Shown here piece after piece: positions 55,577-64,000 of a DNA stretch of 64,000 nucleotides. The notes under the pieces are model-generated. The model did not search any database and was not told where the DNA came from. It saw only the letters and a list, made by a program, of their open reading frames with translations. The translations under genes were made by a program, and so were the position numbers. Source of the stretch: Candidatus Hydrogenedentes bacterium UBA6118 (lineage in GTDB: Bacteria; Hydrogenedentota; Hydrogenedentia; Hydrogenedentales; SLHB01); contig DIWA01000015.1 of the NCBI GenBank assembly GCA_002422525.1, positions 33,797 through 97,796 of the forward strand, read 5' to 3'. Positions within the stretch are counted from its first letter, which is position 1. Every line of letters starts with the position of its first letter.

Positions 55577-57351
55577 ACGTGGTGTTCCTCCAAGGCAGGC
55601 GTGCGACCGGTGATCTCGCAGCCCTCTTTGATCGCTTTGTCCAGGTCGAACGACGGGATGAAGTCGTCCGACTGAAGCAGGGCATCGTAGAGCTCGGGGA
55701 AGTTCCGCATGGTCGTGAGGATGGGGTTCGCGGCGGTCTGCCCGAGGCCGCAGCGGCTCATCGTCTTGACGGTCATGCAGACCTGCTCAAGCTGCTGGTA
55801 GTCGGCGCGGGTCCCCTTGCCGTCGAGGATCTTGCGGAAGATGATGTCGAGGTGCTTGGCGCCGACGCGGCAGGGGACGCACCATCCGCAGGACTCCTCG
55901 ACGAAGAACTCGATGAACTGGTGCATGGATTCGAGGATGTTGCGCTGGGGGCCGAAGACGATGAAGGATCCGCCGGTGGGGATGTCTTCGAACGAGATGC
56001 TTCGGCCGAAGTTGCGCGGCGCGAGGCACTGGCCGGAGGGCCCGCCGACCTGGACGGCCGCGGCGTCTTCCGCGCCGACCATGTTGAGCACGGTGGCGAC
56101 GGTGGCGCCGTAGGGCACTTCATAGACGCCGGGGCGCTCGCAGTCGCCGGAGACGCTGAGGAGCTTGGCGCCGGTGCTGTCGCGCGTGCCGATGGAGGAG
56201 AACCACTCGGCGCCCTTTTCCATGATGCGGGCGGCGCAGCAGAGGGTCTCGACGTTGTTTACGGAGCTGGGCTGGTTGCGGTAGCCCTTCTGCACGGGGA
56301 ACGGGGGCCGATCGCGGGGGGCGCCGCGCTTGCCTTCGAGCGACTCGATGAGCGCGGATTCCTCGCCGCAGATGTAGGCGCCGGCGCCGAGCTGGATGCG
56401 GATGTCGAAGTTGAAGCCTTCGCGGCCGCAGATGTTCTCGCCGAGGAGGCCGAGTCTGCGGCGTCGGGCGAGGACCTGCTCGAGATGCGGCAGGAGGTAC
56501 TCATACTCGGCGCGGAGGTAAAGGAAGCCTTCGCGGGCGCCGATCACGAACGCGGCGACAGTCATGCCTTCGAAGACGAGGTCGGGCTGTTCGGTGAGGA
56601 TGACGCGGTCCTTGAACGTGCCGGGTTCGCCTTCATCCGCATTGCAGATGATGTAGTGGGCGTCGCCCTCGGCCTTGCGGCAGAAGTCCCATTTCATCGC
56701 CAGGGGGAAGCCGGCGCCGCCGCGTCCGCGCAACCGGGCCGTATTCATCGTGGCGATGATCTCGTCGGGGGTCATGTCGACGGCGCGGCGGACGGCCGCT
56801 CCGCGATCCATGGGCGCGAAGATGACGGGCCCGCTCTGACGCAGGTTCAGTTCGATCTCGGCGACGGGGAGGGACTGAACGGCTCCGCCCTTCTTGATCG
56901 CGTCGATGATGGCGGGAACGTCGGCTTTGCGGATGCCGGTGATGGGGACGCCGTTGACGAGGGCGGAGGGGGGTTGGTCGCTCATGCCCATGCAGGGGGT
57001 GTATTCGAGGGAGATGGCGCCGTCGGGGGTGGTTTCCCCGAAACGGATGCCGAGGGCCTCCTCGAAGGCTTGGGCGATTTCATCGGCGCCGTTCATGCGC
57101 TCGACGACCGCGTTGCAGAGTCGGATGGTGGTCTTGCCTTTCGGGGAGCGGGAAAGGAAGGCGTAGAAGCTGACCATGTCGCGGACTTCCACGCGGTGGA
57201 TGCCGAGCGCGTCGGCGATCTCCCCGATGATGTCCTCGGACAGGTGTCCGAGCTTTCCGTGGAGGGCGCGAGCGATGTCCATCAAGCGGGAGCGATCCGC
57301 GCCGAACTGCTCGACGACCTCCTTGACCAGTGTTGAATGCGCCTCAGCCAT
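55573..57351 (-). CDS. hoxF: NAD(P)H-binding diaphorase subunit HoxF (NuoE-like + NuoF-like)
   Basis: ATG at 57349-57351 has a GGTGGAGG RBS. NuoF core: GRGGAGFP (FMN/NAD site), CGEESALIESLEG, and the 4Fe-4S motif CGWCVPCR. The track start is an upstream GTG. Confidence 0.85.
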   Translation of the reverse strand: MAEAHSTLVKEVVEQFGADRSRLMDIARALHGKLGHLSEDIIGEIADALGIHRVEVRDMVSFYAFLSRSPKGKTTIRLCNAVVERMNGADEIAQAFEEALGIRFGETTPDGAISLEYTPCMGMSDQPPSALVNGVPITGIRKADVPAIIDAIKKGGAVQSLPVAEIELNLRQSGPVIFAPMDRGAAVRRAVDMTPDEIIATMNTARLRGRGGAGFPLAMKWDFCRKAEGDAHYIICNADEGEPGTFKDRVILTEQPDLVFEGMTVAAFVIGAREGFLYLRAEYEYLLPHLEQVLARRRRLGLLGENICGREGFNFDIRIQLGAGAYICGEESALIESLEGKRGAPRDRPPFPVQKGYRNQPSSVNNVETLCCAARIMEKGAEWFSSIGTRDSTGAKLLSVSGDCERPGVYEVPYGATVATVLNMVGAEDAAAVQVGGPSGQCLAPRNFGRSISFEDIPTGGSFIVFGPQRNILESMHQFIEFFVEESCGWCVPCRVGAKHLDIIFRKILDGKGTRADYQQLEQVCMTVKTMSRCGLGQTAANPILTTMRNFPELYDALLQSDDFIPSFDLDKAIKEGCEITGRTPALEEHHV

Positions 57352-57703
57352 GCGTAGTGCCTCCACCGTTGCGAGCGGCCCGAAAAGGACACACCGGATC
57401 CCTTGGGGGACTCCATGCGCCACTCAAAGATACTGCATTTCGAGGGGGGAACCGTGGACCCGGCTCCCGGATTCGCGAAGCGTATCACAATAGGCGGGAG
57501 TACGCAAGGTTCTCTCCGCCGGGTCTCCCCCGTTATCTTGTGGGCGTTGCTCTAGGGTATCTGTTGACGCGATCCGTGCCTAAGCTGTTGCTATGTATAA
57601 ACCCCCTCTTTCGGACCGGAGCGGCCGATCCGGGTCAAGCGCCGCACGAACCCGTGCGAGACGGGGATCGCAGTTGGGGCGCGAATCGTGAATATGTGCA
57701 CGA

Positions 57704-59095
57704 TTACGGGTTTTGGCGGGATGTGAGCGGCAGGGTGATCAGCACCTGACAGCCGGGGCCTTCGCCGCTGCTCAACTCGATCGTTCCCCCATGTTCTTCG
57801 ACGATGCCCCGGGTGATGGACAACCCAAGCCCGGTTCCCGTCGGCTTCGTAGTGTAATACGGGTCGAAGGCGTGTTCCAATGTTTCGCGCGACATGCCCG
57901 GACCGTCATCGCGGATCTCGATCTGACAGTCTGCGTCGCGCAGTCGGGAGAAGACGCGGACGCGGCCGTCGGGGGGGCAGGCCTCCATGGCGTTGATGAG
58001 GACGTTGAGAATGGCGCGGGACCATCGTTTGGGGTCGAGGGTGAGCGAGGCGTCGCCCGCGCGGAGTTCGGCGATGAGTCGGATGCGGCGGTCTTCGGCG
58101 TCTTTCCGGACGAGGCGGATGCATTCCTCGATGAGTTGATCGATGCGCACTTCCTCGGGCTGAAGCTCGCTCTCGCGCGCGAGGGAGAGGAAGCCGGAGA
58201 CGATCTCCTCGAGGCGATGCACCTCCGCGCGGATCGTGTTGAGCTGGCGGATGGCGCGCTGCTCGGCGTCCGCGCTCGACCCGGAAGCGGCGAGGGTGTC
58301 GAGGGCGTGACCGGCAAGCAGCTTGATGGCGTTGAGGGGGTTTCTGATGTCGTGGGCCACGCCCGCGGCGAGGTTGCCGATGGAGGAGAGGCGTTGGGCC
58401 TGCCGGAGCCGGCTCTCCATCTGTTCCTGATCCTTGAGGGAGGCGACCATGCGGTTGAACGCGCGCTCGAGGGCGAGGACCTCGCCGGTGCTGTTGCGCA
58501 TCGCGACTTCTTTGAGGTTCCCGGCGCTGATCTGTGCGCAGGATTCGGAGAGCTCGCCAAGGGGGCGGAGCGTTTTGCGGATGAAGTAGATCATGAGGCC
58601 CAGGGCGATGAGGAAGAGGGCGGTGAGCGCGATGAGGTTGCGGTTCATGAAGGCGCGGACGATCTCGGTCTGGGGCGAGAGGGTGACGCTGGTCTGGACG
58701 AGGATGCGGCGGTCGGCCAGTTGGATCATCGTCTGGGCGGTCTTCGTGACGCGACCGTCGTCGCCCATGTGCACGGAGACGCGCGCGGGGACTTCGACTT
58801 CCTCTTCGGCGGCGGGGATCTCGCTCAACTCGACGTCGGTGTAATCGTCGTGGTACTGGCCGGCGAGGGCGTCGAGGTCCTCATCGGGGTTGGCGTTGAG
58901 GTGGACGACGACGTCCTCGGCGATGGCTTCGGCTTGGCGGCGCATCTCGACGATGGTCTGGGTGTAGAAGTGGGATGTGAGGACGTAGACGAGCCCGAGC
59001 AGGCACAGCAGCAGAACGGTGCAGAGGGCGATGGTGCGGAAGATCAGCGATTGGCTCCAGCGGATGGGGAGGGGTTTCGAGGGGACTGGAGCCAT
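57704..59095 (-). CDS. sensor histidine kinase (2 TM + HAMP + HisKA + HATPase_c)
   Basis: H-box VAHDIRNPLNAIK. N box LNVLINAMEA. G boxes DDGPGM and GTGLGLSI. Confidence 0.85.
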   Translation of the reverse strand: MAPVPSKPLPIRWSQSLIFRTIALCTVLLLCLLGLVYVLTSHFYTQTIVEMRRQAEAIAEDVVVHLNANPDEDLDALAGQYHDDYTDVELSEIPAAEEEVEVPARVSVHMGDDGRVTKTAQTMIQLADRRILVQTSVTLSPQTEIVRAFMNRNLIALTALFLIALGLMIYFIRKTLRPLGELSESCAQISAGNLKEVAMRNSTGEVLALERAFNRMVASLKDQEQMESRLRQAQRLSSIGNLAAGVAHDIRNPLNAIKLLAGHALDTLAASGSSADAEQRAIRQLNTIRAEVHRLEEIVSGFLSLARESELQPEEVRIDQLIEECIRLVRKDAEDRRIRLIAELRAGDASLTLDPKRWSRAILNVLINAMEACPPDGRVRVFSRLRDADCQIEIRDDGPGMSRETLEHAFDPYYTTKPTGTGLGLSITRGIVEEHGGTIELSSGEGPGCQVLITLPLTSRQNP

Positions 59096-59104
59096 GGGCG
59101 GGGT

Positions 59105-59893
59105 CTAGGCCTCGATGCTGCCGGGGCCGAAGCAGGGCGGCTCGTCGCGTTCGAGCAGCTCCAGGATCGCCTGGACGTCTTCCCAGACCTTGCGGCGGTT
59201 TTCCTTGAACTTCTCGGGCACGTCGCGCGACCGGATGACGTAGGAGGGATGGTAGGTGACGCGCAACGGGATCCCGTGATAGCTGTGCCATTTCCCGCGC
59301 AGTCGGGTGGTGGACTCGCTCGTGCGCAGCAGGGTCTTCGCCGCATGGCCGCCAAGGGCGCAGATCACGCTCGGCGCGATGAGCTCGATCTGGCGGACGA
59401 GATAGGGTTCGCATTCGGCGATTTCGTCGGCTCGGGGGTCGCGGTTGCCCGGGGGGCGGCACTTGAGGACGTTGCAGATGAACACGTCCTCGCGGCGCAT
59501 CTTGAAGCCGCCCTCGATCACCCGGGTGAGGAACTGGCCCGCGGCTCCGACGAACGGTTCGCCGCGAAGATCTTCTTGTTGCCCGGGGGCCTCGCCGACG
59601 AAGACGAGCCGCGCGCGGGGACTGCCGGCGCCGAAGACGGTCTGGGTGCGGGTCTCGCTGAGGGGGCAGCGGGTGCATTGCGCGACTTGCCGTGCGAGCT
59701 CGGCCAGGGCGTCGGCTGTTCCGGAGGTCTCGGCGGTTTGAGGCGGCGCGGCGGAGGGAGCGCCGTCGATTTCGCGATCCGCCATCAGCCAGGCGGCGGC
59801 CTCCGGGGAGGTGCGCACGGTCCGTCGCGACCGATGCGCCGCGCGTTCGGCCAGGGCCCGCGTGTCTCTCAGGATCTCATCGATCAAGGCCAT
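59105..59893 (-). CDS. uracil-DNA glycosylase, family 4 (4Fe-4S)
   Basis: Motif A GEAPGQQED. FeS cysteines in CTRCPLS...CNVLKCRPP...C. Motif B HPSYVIR. Confidence 0.8.
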   Translation of the reverse strand: MALIDEILRDTRALAERAAHRSRRTVRTSPEAAAWLMADREIDGAPSAAPPQTAETSGTADALAELARQVAQCTRCPLSETRTQTVFGAGSPRARLVFVGEAPGQQEDLRGEPFVGAAGQFLTRVIEGGFKMRREDVFICNVLKCRPPGNRDPRADEIAECEPYLVRQIELIAPSVICALGGHAAKTLLRTSESTTRLRGKWHSYHGIPLRVTYHPSYVIRSRDVPEKFKENRRKVWEDVQAILELLERDEPPCFGPGSIEA

Positions 59894-59916
59894 GCGTTGC
59901 TTGTTCTCCGGGGGCG

Positions 59917-61833
59917 TCAGATGCTTCCTTCGGATGATACTGAAGCGGGAGGCGCGATGCCACCGCGTGCGGCGACAAGGTCGCGACCGGCATCGTTGGC
60001 GATGAGGAGGACGTCGCGGCTGCCGACCCCTTGGGCCTGAAGGACGTGGAAGCGGCGAAGGGGGGGATGGAAGGCCATGGCCCAGCGCCAGTCTCCCTGC
60101 TTCACATAGAGGAAAGCGGGTTCGGTTCCGCCGAATTCGTCCGCGAATGCGGCGATGGCGCTGGTGAGTTCGTCTTGCATGAACGCGGCGGATTCCGGGT
60201 TGAGGCGCTCATCGTCGGCGACGGCGGCGCGAATGGCGTCGCGGAGGGCCTGGACCTCGTCTTCGGCGACGGAATCCATGGAGGCGATGGGGACGCTGTC
60301 CACGGCGCGGGCGATGTCTTTGCGGAGTTGTTTGACCTGGCGGACGAGTTCGAGGAGGGACGCGTCGTCGGGGAGGCTTTTGGGCTGGAAGTCGGTGAGT
60401 ACGGGCGTGTGGGGGCGCTTGGAGTAGAAGATGTATTCCTCGCGGGAGAAAGCGAAGGAATACAAGCGGAAGGACGCGCCCGCCTCGCTGAGTTCGCGAA
60501 CCGGTCGGCAGATGTCGCGGGCGGACTTGACCGTGTTGACGACGGGGAAGATCAGCAGCGCGGTGAGGAACAGGACGACGGCGGTGTGGCCGGCGATGAG
60601 GCCGAGCAGGGCGCGGCCGTCGCCGCGGACGGCGTGGAACAGGGCGTGGGCGGCGCAGGCGGCGCAGCAGAGGGAGAACACGAGCAGGCCGTTGTTCCAG
60701 AGGTGACGGTACTCCGAGAGCAGGAGCGCGGGGCCGGATGCGGCGAGGGCGAGGAGGAGAACGGCCCATGCGGCGGCGAACCCTTTGCGCCAGCGCGGTC
60801 GGTCGGCGTCGATCAGGTCGAGCGCGCTCCGGGCGACGAGGATCGCGAGGGCGGGGTAGAGCGGGAGCAGGTAGACCTGACGTTTGCCGATGATGATGGA
60901 GAAGAAGACGAATGCGGGGACGGTCCAGGCGAGGAGGAGACGCATGCCGTCGTCCGCGCGGCGGTTGCGCCAGACCCATGGGAGCGTCCAGGGCAGGAGC
61001 AGCGACCAGGGGAACCAGTCGACCGGGAGGTTGAGGAGGTAGTACCAGGGCCATTGGGCCTTGCTGAGCCCCAGGAACATGCGGCCGATGGTCTGGCGGA
61101 ACAGGTTGGCGCCGATGACTTCCGTGGCGGCGGCGTCGGCGTGGGCGCCGGCCGCAATGCGCGCGGGGATCAGCCAGAGGGCGATGAGGACGGCGACGCA
61201 CGCAAGGCCGAGCAAGGGCCGGGCCTGACGCCGGAGTTCGGGGGCGCGCCACGTGAGCGTGAGCAGGGCGAGCAGCGGAAAGACGACGCCGGGGGGACCC
61301 TTGGCGTAGACCGCGGCGGCCATGGCGGCGTAGAAGCCGATGAGCCATGCGGTCTTGCGGGTCTGGGTCCAGTGGAGCAGGCAGAGCAGGTTGACGGCGA
61401 GGCAGGCGACGAGGATGGTGTCGGTCTGGGCGGTGCGGGCCTGCCACCAGAATCGCGAACAGGTGAGGAGGACGATGCCGGCCCAGCAGGCGACGCGGGG
61501 GCCGTAGAGGCGGAGCGCGATCAGGTAGGTGCAGGCGAGGGCGATGAGCGCGGCGACGACGGAGGGGATGCGCGCGGTCATTTCGGTGACCTCGCCGGCG
61601 GGCAGCGACACGGCGGAGATCAGCCAGAACAGCAGGGGCGGCTTCTCGAGGTAGGGCTCGCCGTTGATGTGCAGCGTGACCCAGTCGCCGGTGTCGAGCA
61701 TTTCCTGGGCGACTTGGGCGAATCGGGGTTCGTCCGGAGGCCAGACGTCGTAGCCGCCGATGTTGACTGAGAAGAGCACGGCGGCGAACGCGAGGAGCAG
61801 GACCAGGCATCGCATGGGCGCGTTCATGGGCAT
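59917..61833 (-). CDS. GT-C fold glycosyltransferase (ArnT / GT83 / PMT-like) with C-terminal soluble domain
   Basis: About 12 TM helices. DE motif DVWPPDEPRFAQVAQEM in the first periplasmic loop, and YLEKPPLLFWL as in ArnT. A C-terminal ~200-aa non-membrane extension follows. Confidence 0.7.
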   Translation of the reverse strand: MPMNAPMRCLVLLLAFAAVLFSVNIGGYDVWPPDEPRFAQVAQEMLDTGDWVTLHINGEPYLEKPPLLFWLISAVSLPAGEVTEMTARIPSVVAALIALACTYLIALRLYGPRVACWAGIVLLTCSRFWWQARTAQTDTILVACLAVNLLCLLHWTQTRKTAWLIGFYAAMAAAVYAKGPPGVVFPLLALLTLTWRAPELRRQARPLLGLACVAVLIALWLIPARIAAGAHADAAATEVIGANLFRQTIGRMFLGLSKAQWPWYYLLNLPVDWFPWSLLLPWTLPWVWRNRRADDGMRLLLAWTVPAFVFFSIIIGKRQVYLLPLYPALAILVARSALDLIDADRPRWRKGFAAAWAVLLLALAASGPALLLSEYRHLWNNGLLVFSLCCAACAAHALFHAVRGDGRALLGLIAGHTAVVLFLTALLIFPVVNTVKSARDICRPVRELSEAGASFRLYSFAFSREEYIFYSKRPHTPVLTDFQPKSLPDDASLLELVRQVKQLRKDIARAVDSVPIASMDSVAEDEVQALRDAIRAAVADDERLNPESAAFMQDELTSAIAAFADEFGGTEPAFLYVKQGDWRWAMAFHPPLRRFHVLQAQGVGSRDVLLIANDAGRDLVAARGGIAPPASVSSEGSI

Positions 61834-62106
61834 GCACTCCCTGCCGCGTGCAGCTTCGGAGCGCCGGCAGTGGCCGGACTCAAGAGGACGGCAGGCAATT
61901 GCCGCGCTTGACGCGGGAACGGAGATGGAACCATGTCGGGCTCCCGTGCGTGAAGGCTCCCCGGGTTCTCTGCGCGGAACGGAGGCCGGAGCGGGGAGTC
62001 GGGTTGCTGACTACAACGCGCCGCGGGGCGCGGTGGAAGTATAGCTGGTGGGGGGAAGGCGAATCACGCCGGACTTGGCGTTTGAATGTGGGGGCTTGCC
62101 GGGACG

Positions 62107-64000
62107 CTACGGCTCCGAGAGGGACGGGTAGGCGCTGAGGAGCACGGGAGCGGCGGCGGGGTTGTCGGGCTCGCCGGTCCACAGGCGCAGTTCGTCGCGG
62201 TCGACGTAGCGTTCGATGCGGCGGGGGTGGCCGAGGATGCGGGCCCAGCGGGCGTAGCGGGCGCGTTCGGGTTCGGGGGCGCCGAGGGCGGGGTCGGCGA
62301 GATCGCCGGCGGCCACCGAGAGCCACGCCATATCGGCGGAGAAGTCCGGGCAGGCGGCCATGTCGGGCCAGTAGATGTGTTCGACCCGGTCGAAGACGGC
62401 GAGGTCGATGTCCGGCGCGGCGTCGGCGAGGATCTGCTTGAGCAGGTCCGGGTCGCCGGGCTGATCCCATCCGATTTGGTCGCCGGGAGCGATGGCGGCG
62501 ATGGTGCGGCGGAGGTTGTCGATCACGGTGTGCGCGCGGCGTCGGCGGAGGTCGGCGATGCGGTCGAGGCGGCCGCTGGCGCGGTAGAGCTGGACCTGCA
62601 TCTGCTCGACCCGCAGAGAGGGCGTGTGGTCGGCGAGGAGGCGTTCCGCGCGGTCCCACTCGCGACGGGCGATGAGCCAGGCGACGTAGGGTTCCAGGAT
62701 GAAGTCGACATCGTCGGGGCGCCGGGCGAGAAACTCGTCCATGAGGGCGCCGGCTTCGTCGAGCTCGCCGTCCTCGACGAGGCGGTCGGCGAGGCGGCGG
62801 ACGACCTCATAGCCCCTCTCGCGGCCGCGTACGCGGGCGGCTTTGCGGAGTTGGCGCAGCTCCTCCTCGGGTTCGCCGTGCGTGCGGAAGTAGCTGGCGA
62901 GGGCGAGGTGGAATGCGTACGGGTTGCGGTTGCGGTGGGCGCGAAGATGACGCATGCCGACGGCGCGGTTGTAGCCGTCGAGCAGGGTGAGCGACCGCAT
63001 CTGGTTGGCCACGTCGCGGGGCGCGGGCGGGGGCATGGACCGGGGAGTGTAGGCGATGCCGAATTCGTCCTTGAGGACCCGCTTGAGGCGTTCGCGGAGG
63101 TCGGCGAAATCGGCCCAGCGGTTTGCGGGGTCCTTCTCGAGGCAGGTCATGATGACTTCGTCCAGGCTGGCCGGGCAGTCGGGCCGGTGGGCCTCGAGGG
63201 GGACCGGCGCGTGGGTGCGGTGCATCTCGCGCGCGCGGGTGATGTGTTCCATGGGCGTGGACGAGCGGATAGTGAAGAGGCGGCGCCCGGCGATGGCTTC
63301 GTAGAAGCAGCAGCCGAAGGCGTAGATGTCGGCGAGGCGGGTGACGTTCTCCGCGTCGACGAACTGCTCGGGGGCCATGTAGGCGGGGGTGCCGATGGCG
63401 CTGCCGGACTGAGTGAGGCCCAGGCCGTCGGAGCCGGATCCGTCGCCGGTCGGCTGGGATGCGTCGTCGTCGGGCGGGCCGGAAGTGCGCTGATTCATGC
63501 GGCAGCGCACGAGACCGAAGTCGGTGATCTTGAGCGCGCCGTCGGGGGCGATGAGCAGGTTTTCGGGTTTGAGGTCGCGGTGTACAAGGTCTGGAACGGC
63601 GCTTTCGGCGTGGACCATGCCGTCGCAGCACTGGATGGCGAGGTCGAGGATCTCCGGGATGGCCAGCTTGCGCCGGGCGAGGCGGTCGGCGAGGGAGACC
63701 GCTCCGGATGGATCGCGCTCGACGTACTCCATGAAAAGGTAGGGGACGACCTCGATGATGTCGATTCCGTAGGCGCGCACGATGTTGGGATGGAAACCGA
63801 TGAGCATCCAGGTGGCGGCTTCGCGCAGGAAGCGCTGGATGAGCTGGTGGTCCATCGCGAACTGCTGCTGGAAGGTCTTGGCGGCGACGCGTCCGTCGCG
63901 GCTGTTGAGGATGTAGACGATGCCCATGCCGCTGTGGCCGGGGCCGCCGAGGACCTCTTCGACGCGGTACCGGCCTTCGATGACGGCGCCGACGGGCCAC
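62107..64000 (-). CDS. Ser/Thr protein kinase with C-terminal helical-repeat domain (partial, N-terminus beyond window)
   Basis: Own extension of the frame past the track start shows the G-loop YRVEEVLGGPGHSGMGIVY. Then VAAK, the catalytic loop HRDLKPEN, DFG, and APE in TPAYMAPE. The C-terminal ~330 aa are TPR-like. The frame is open to the window edge. Confidence 0.8.
   Translation of the reverse strand, partial: WPVGAVIEGRYRVEEVLGGPGHSGMGIVYILNSRDGRVAAKTFQQQFAMDHQLIQRFLREAATWMLIGFHPNIVRAYGIDIIEVVPYLFMEYVERDPSGAVSLADRLARRKLAIPEILDLAIQCCDGMVHAESAVPDLVHRDLKPENLLIAPDGALKITDFGLVRCRMNQRTSGPPDDDASQPTGDGSGSDGLGLTQSGSAIGTPAYMAPEQFVDAENVTRLADIYAFGCCFYEAIAGRRLFTIRSSTPMEHITRAREMHRTHAPVPLEAHRPDCPASLDEVIMTCLEKDPANRWADFADLRERLKRVLKDEFGIAYTPRSMPPPAPRDVANQMRSLTLLDGYNRAVGMRHLRAHRNRNPYAFHLALASYFRTHGEPEEELRQLRKAARVRGRERGYEVVRRLADRLVEDGELDEAGALMDEFLARRPDDVDFILEPYVAWLIARREWDRAERLLADHTPSLRVEQMQVQLYRASGRLDRIADLRRRRAHTVIDNLRRTIAAIAPGDQIGWDQPGDPDLLKQILADAAPDIDLAVFDRVEHIYWPDMAACPDFSADMAWLSVAAGDLADPALGAPEPERARYARWARILGHPRRIERYVDRDELRLWTGEPDNPAAAPVLLSAYPSLSEP

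Noticed and set aside
55573-57351. Missing hoxE interpreted as an operon truncation
   Set aside because: HoxF here carries its own N-terminal NuoE-like domain (aa 1-160), as in other HoxFUYH-type enzymes, so no separate hoxE is required.
57540-57600. sigma54-type promoter upstream of hoxF (GGCACG-N4-GCGT)
   Set aside because: The -12 element lacks the TTGC core. No enhancer-binding protein is nearby.

Overview
This is a high-GC (roughly two-thirds G+C) bacterial chromosomal segment with about 50 genes on both strands. Because of the GC content, almost every real gene is shadowed by a long spurious antisense ORF.

Left third (1-22.4 kb), a housekeeping/accessory mix:
- two tandem TM+TPR proteins, a CheY-like receiver, a URO-D family protein, a HAD hydrolase, an RlmD-type rRNA methyltransferase and a secreted S1 protease;
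- a minus-strand operon of a secreted DUF62 SAM hydrolase, an EndoIII-like glycosylase, a radical-SAM/SPASM enzyme and ftsY;
- three glycoside-hydrolase-like genes (a six-hairpin enzyme, a GH78-like enzyme and a hypothetical TIM-barrel-like protein), an orphan mntA with a truncated hepT remnant, ilvC, a Wzz-like protein and tRNA-Arg(ACG).

Centre (22.8-43.3 kb):
- a near-consensus sigma70 promoter plus a leader terminator, placed ahead of a ~1,720-aa secreted IPT/TIG- and Ca-motif-bearing protein;
- a second 791-aa secreted protein;
- a complete type II secretion cluster (gspC-like, D, E, F, G, H, I, J, K, L, M) immediately downstream.

Right third:
- rpmG;
- a GH42-like enzyme with a GldA/F/G-type ABC exporter and DUF4340;
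- a single-domain response regulator, and a group-3 bidirectional [NiFe] hydrogenase operon hoxFUYH-hoxW;
- a sensor histidine kinase, a family-4 UDG, an ArnT/GT83-like glycosyltransferase and a Ser/Thr kinase (partial).

The most unusual signal is a ~60-residue C-terminal module: a Cys-initiated A-A-Y-G box, then [FL]-R-x-F-R-D-x-V-L, G, and Y-Y-x-x-[AS]-P. In the two giant proteins it is followed by a hydrophobic helix and an Arg-rich tail; in the protease only a short hydrophobic stretch follows. It recurs on three secreted proteins: the two giant ones directly upstream of the T2SS, and the S1 protease 22 kb away. This looks like a protein-sorting/anchoring signal that I cannot assign to PEP-CTERM, LPXTG, GlyGly-CTERM or the T9SS CTD. 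In the 791-aa ORF the module is followed in frame, with no stop, by a second signal-peptide-like segment and a 190-aa domain.

I found no CRISPR arrays, integrases or transposases.
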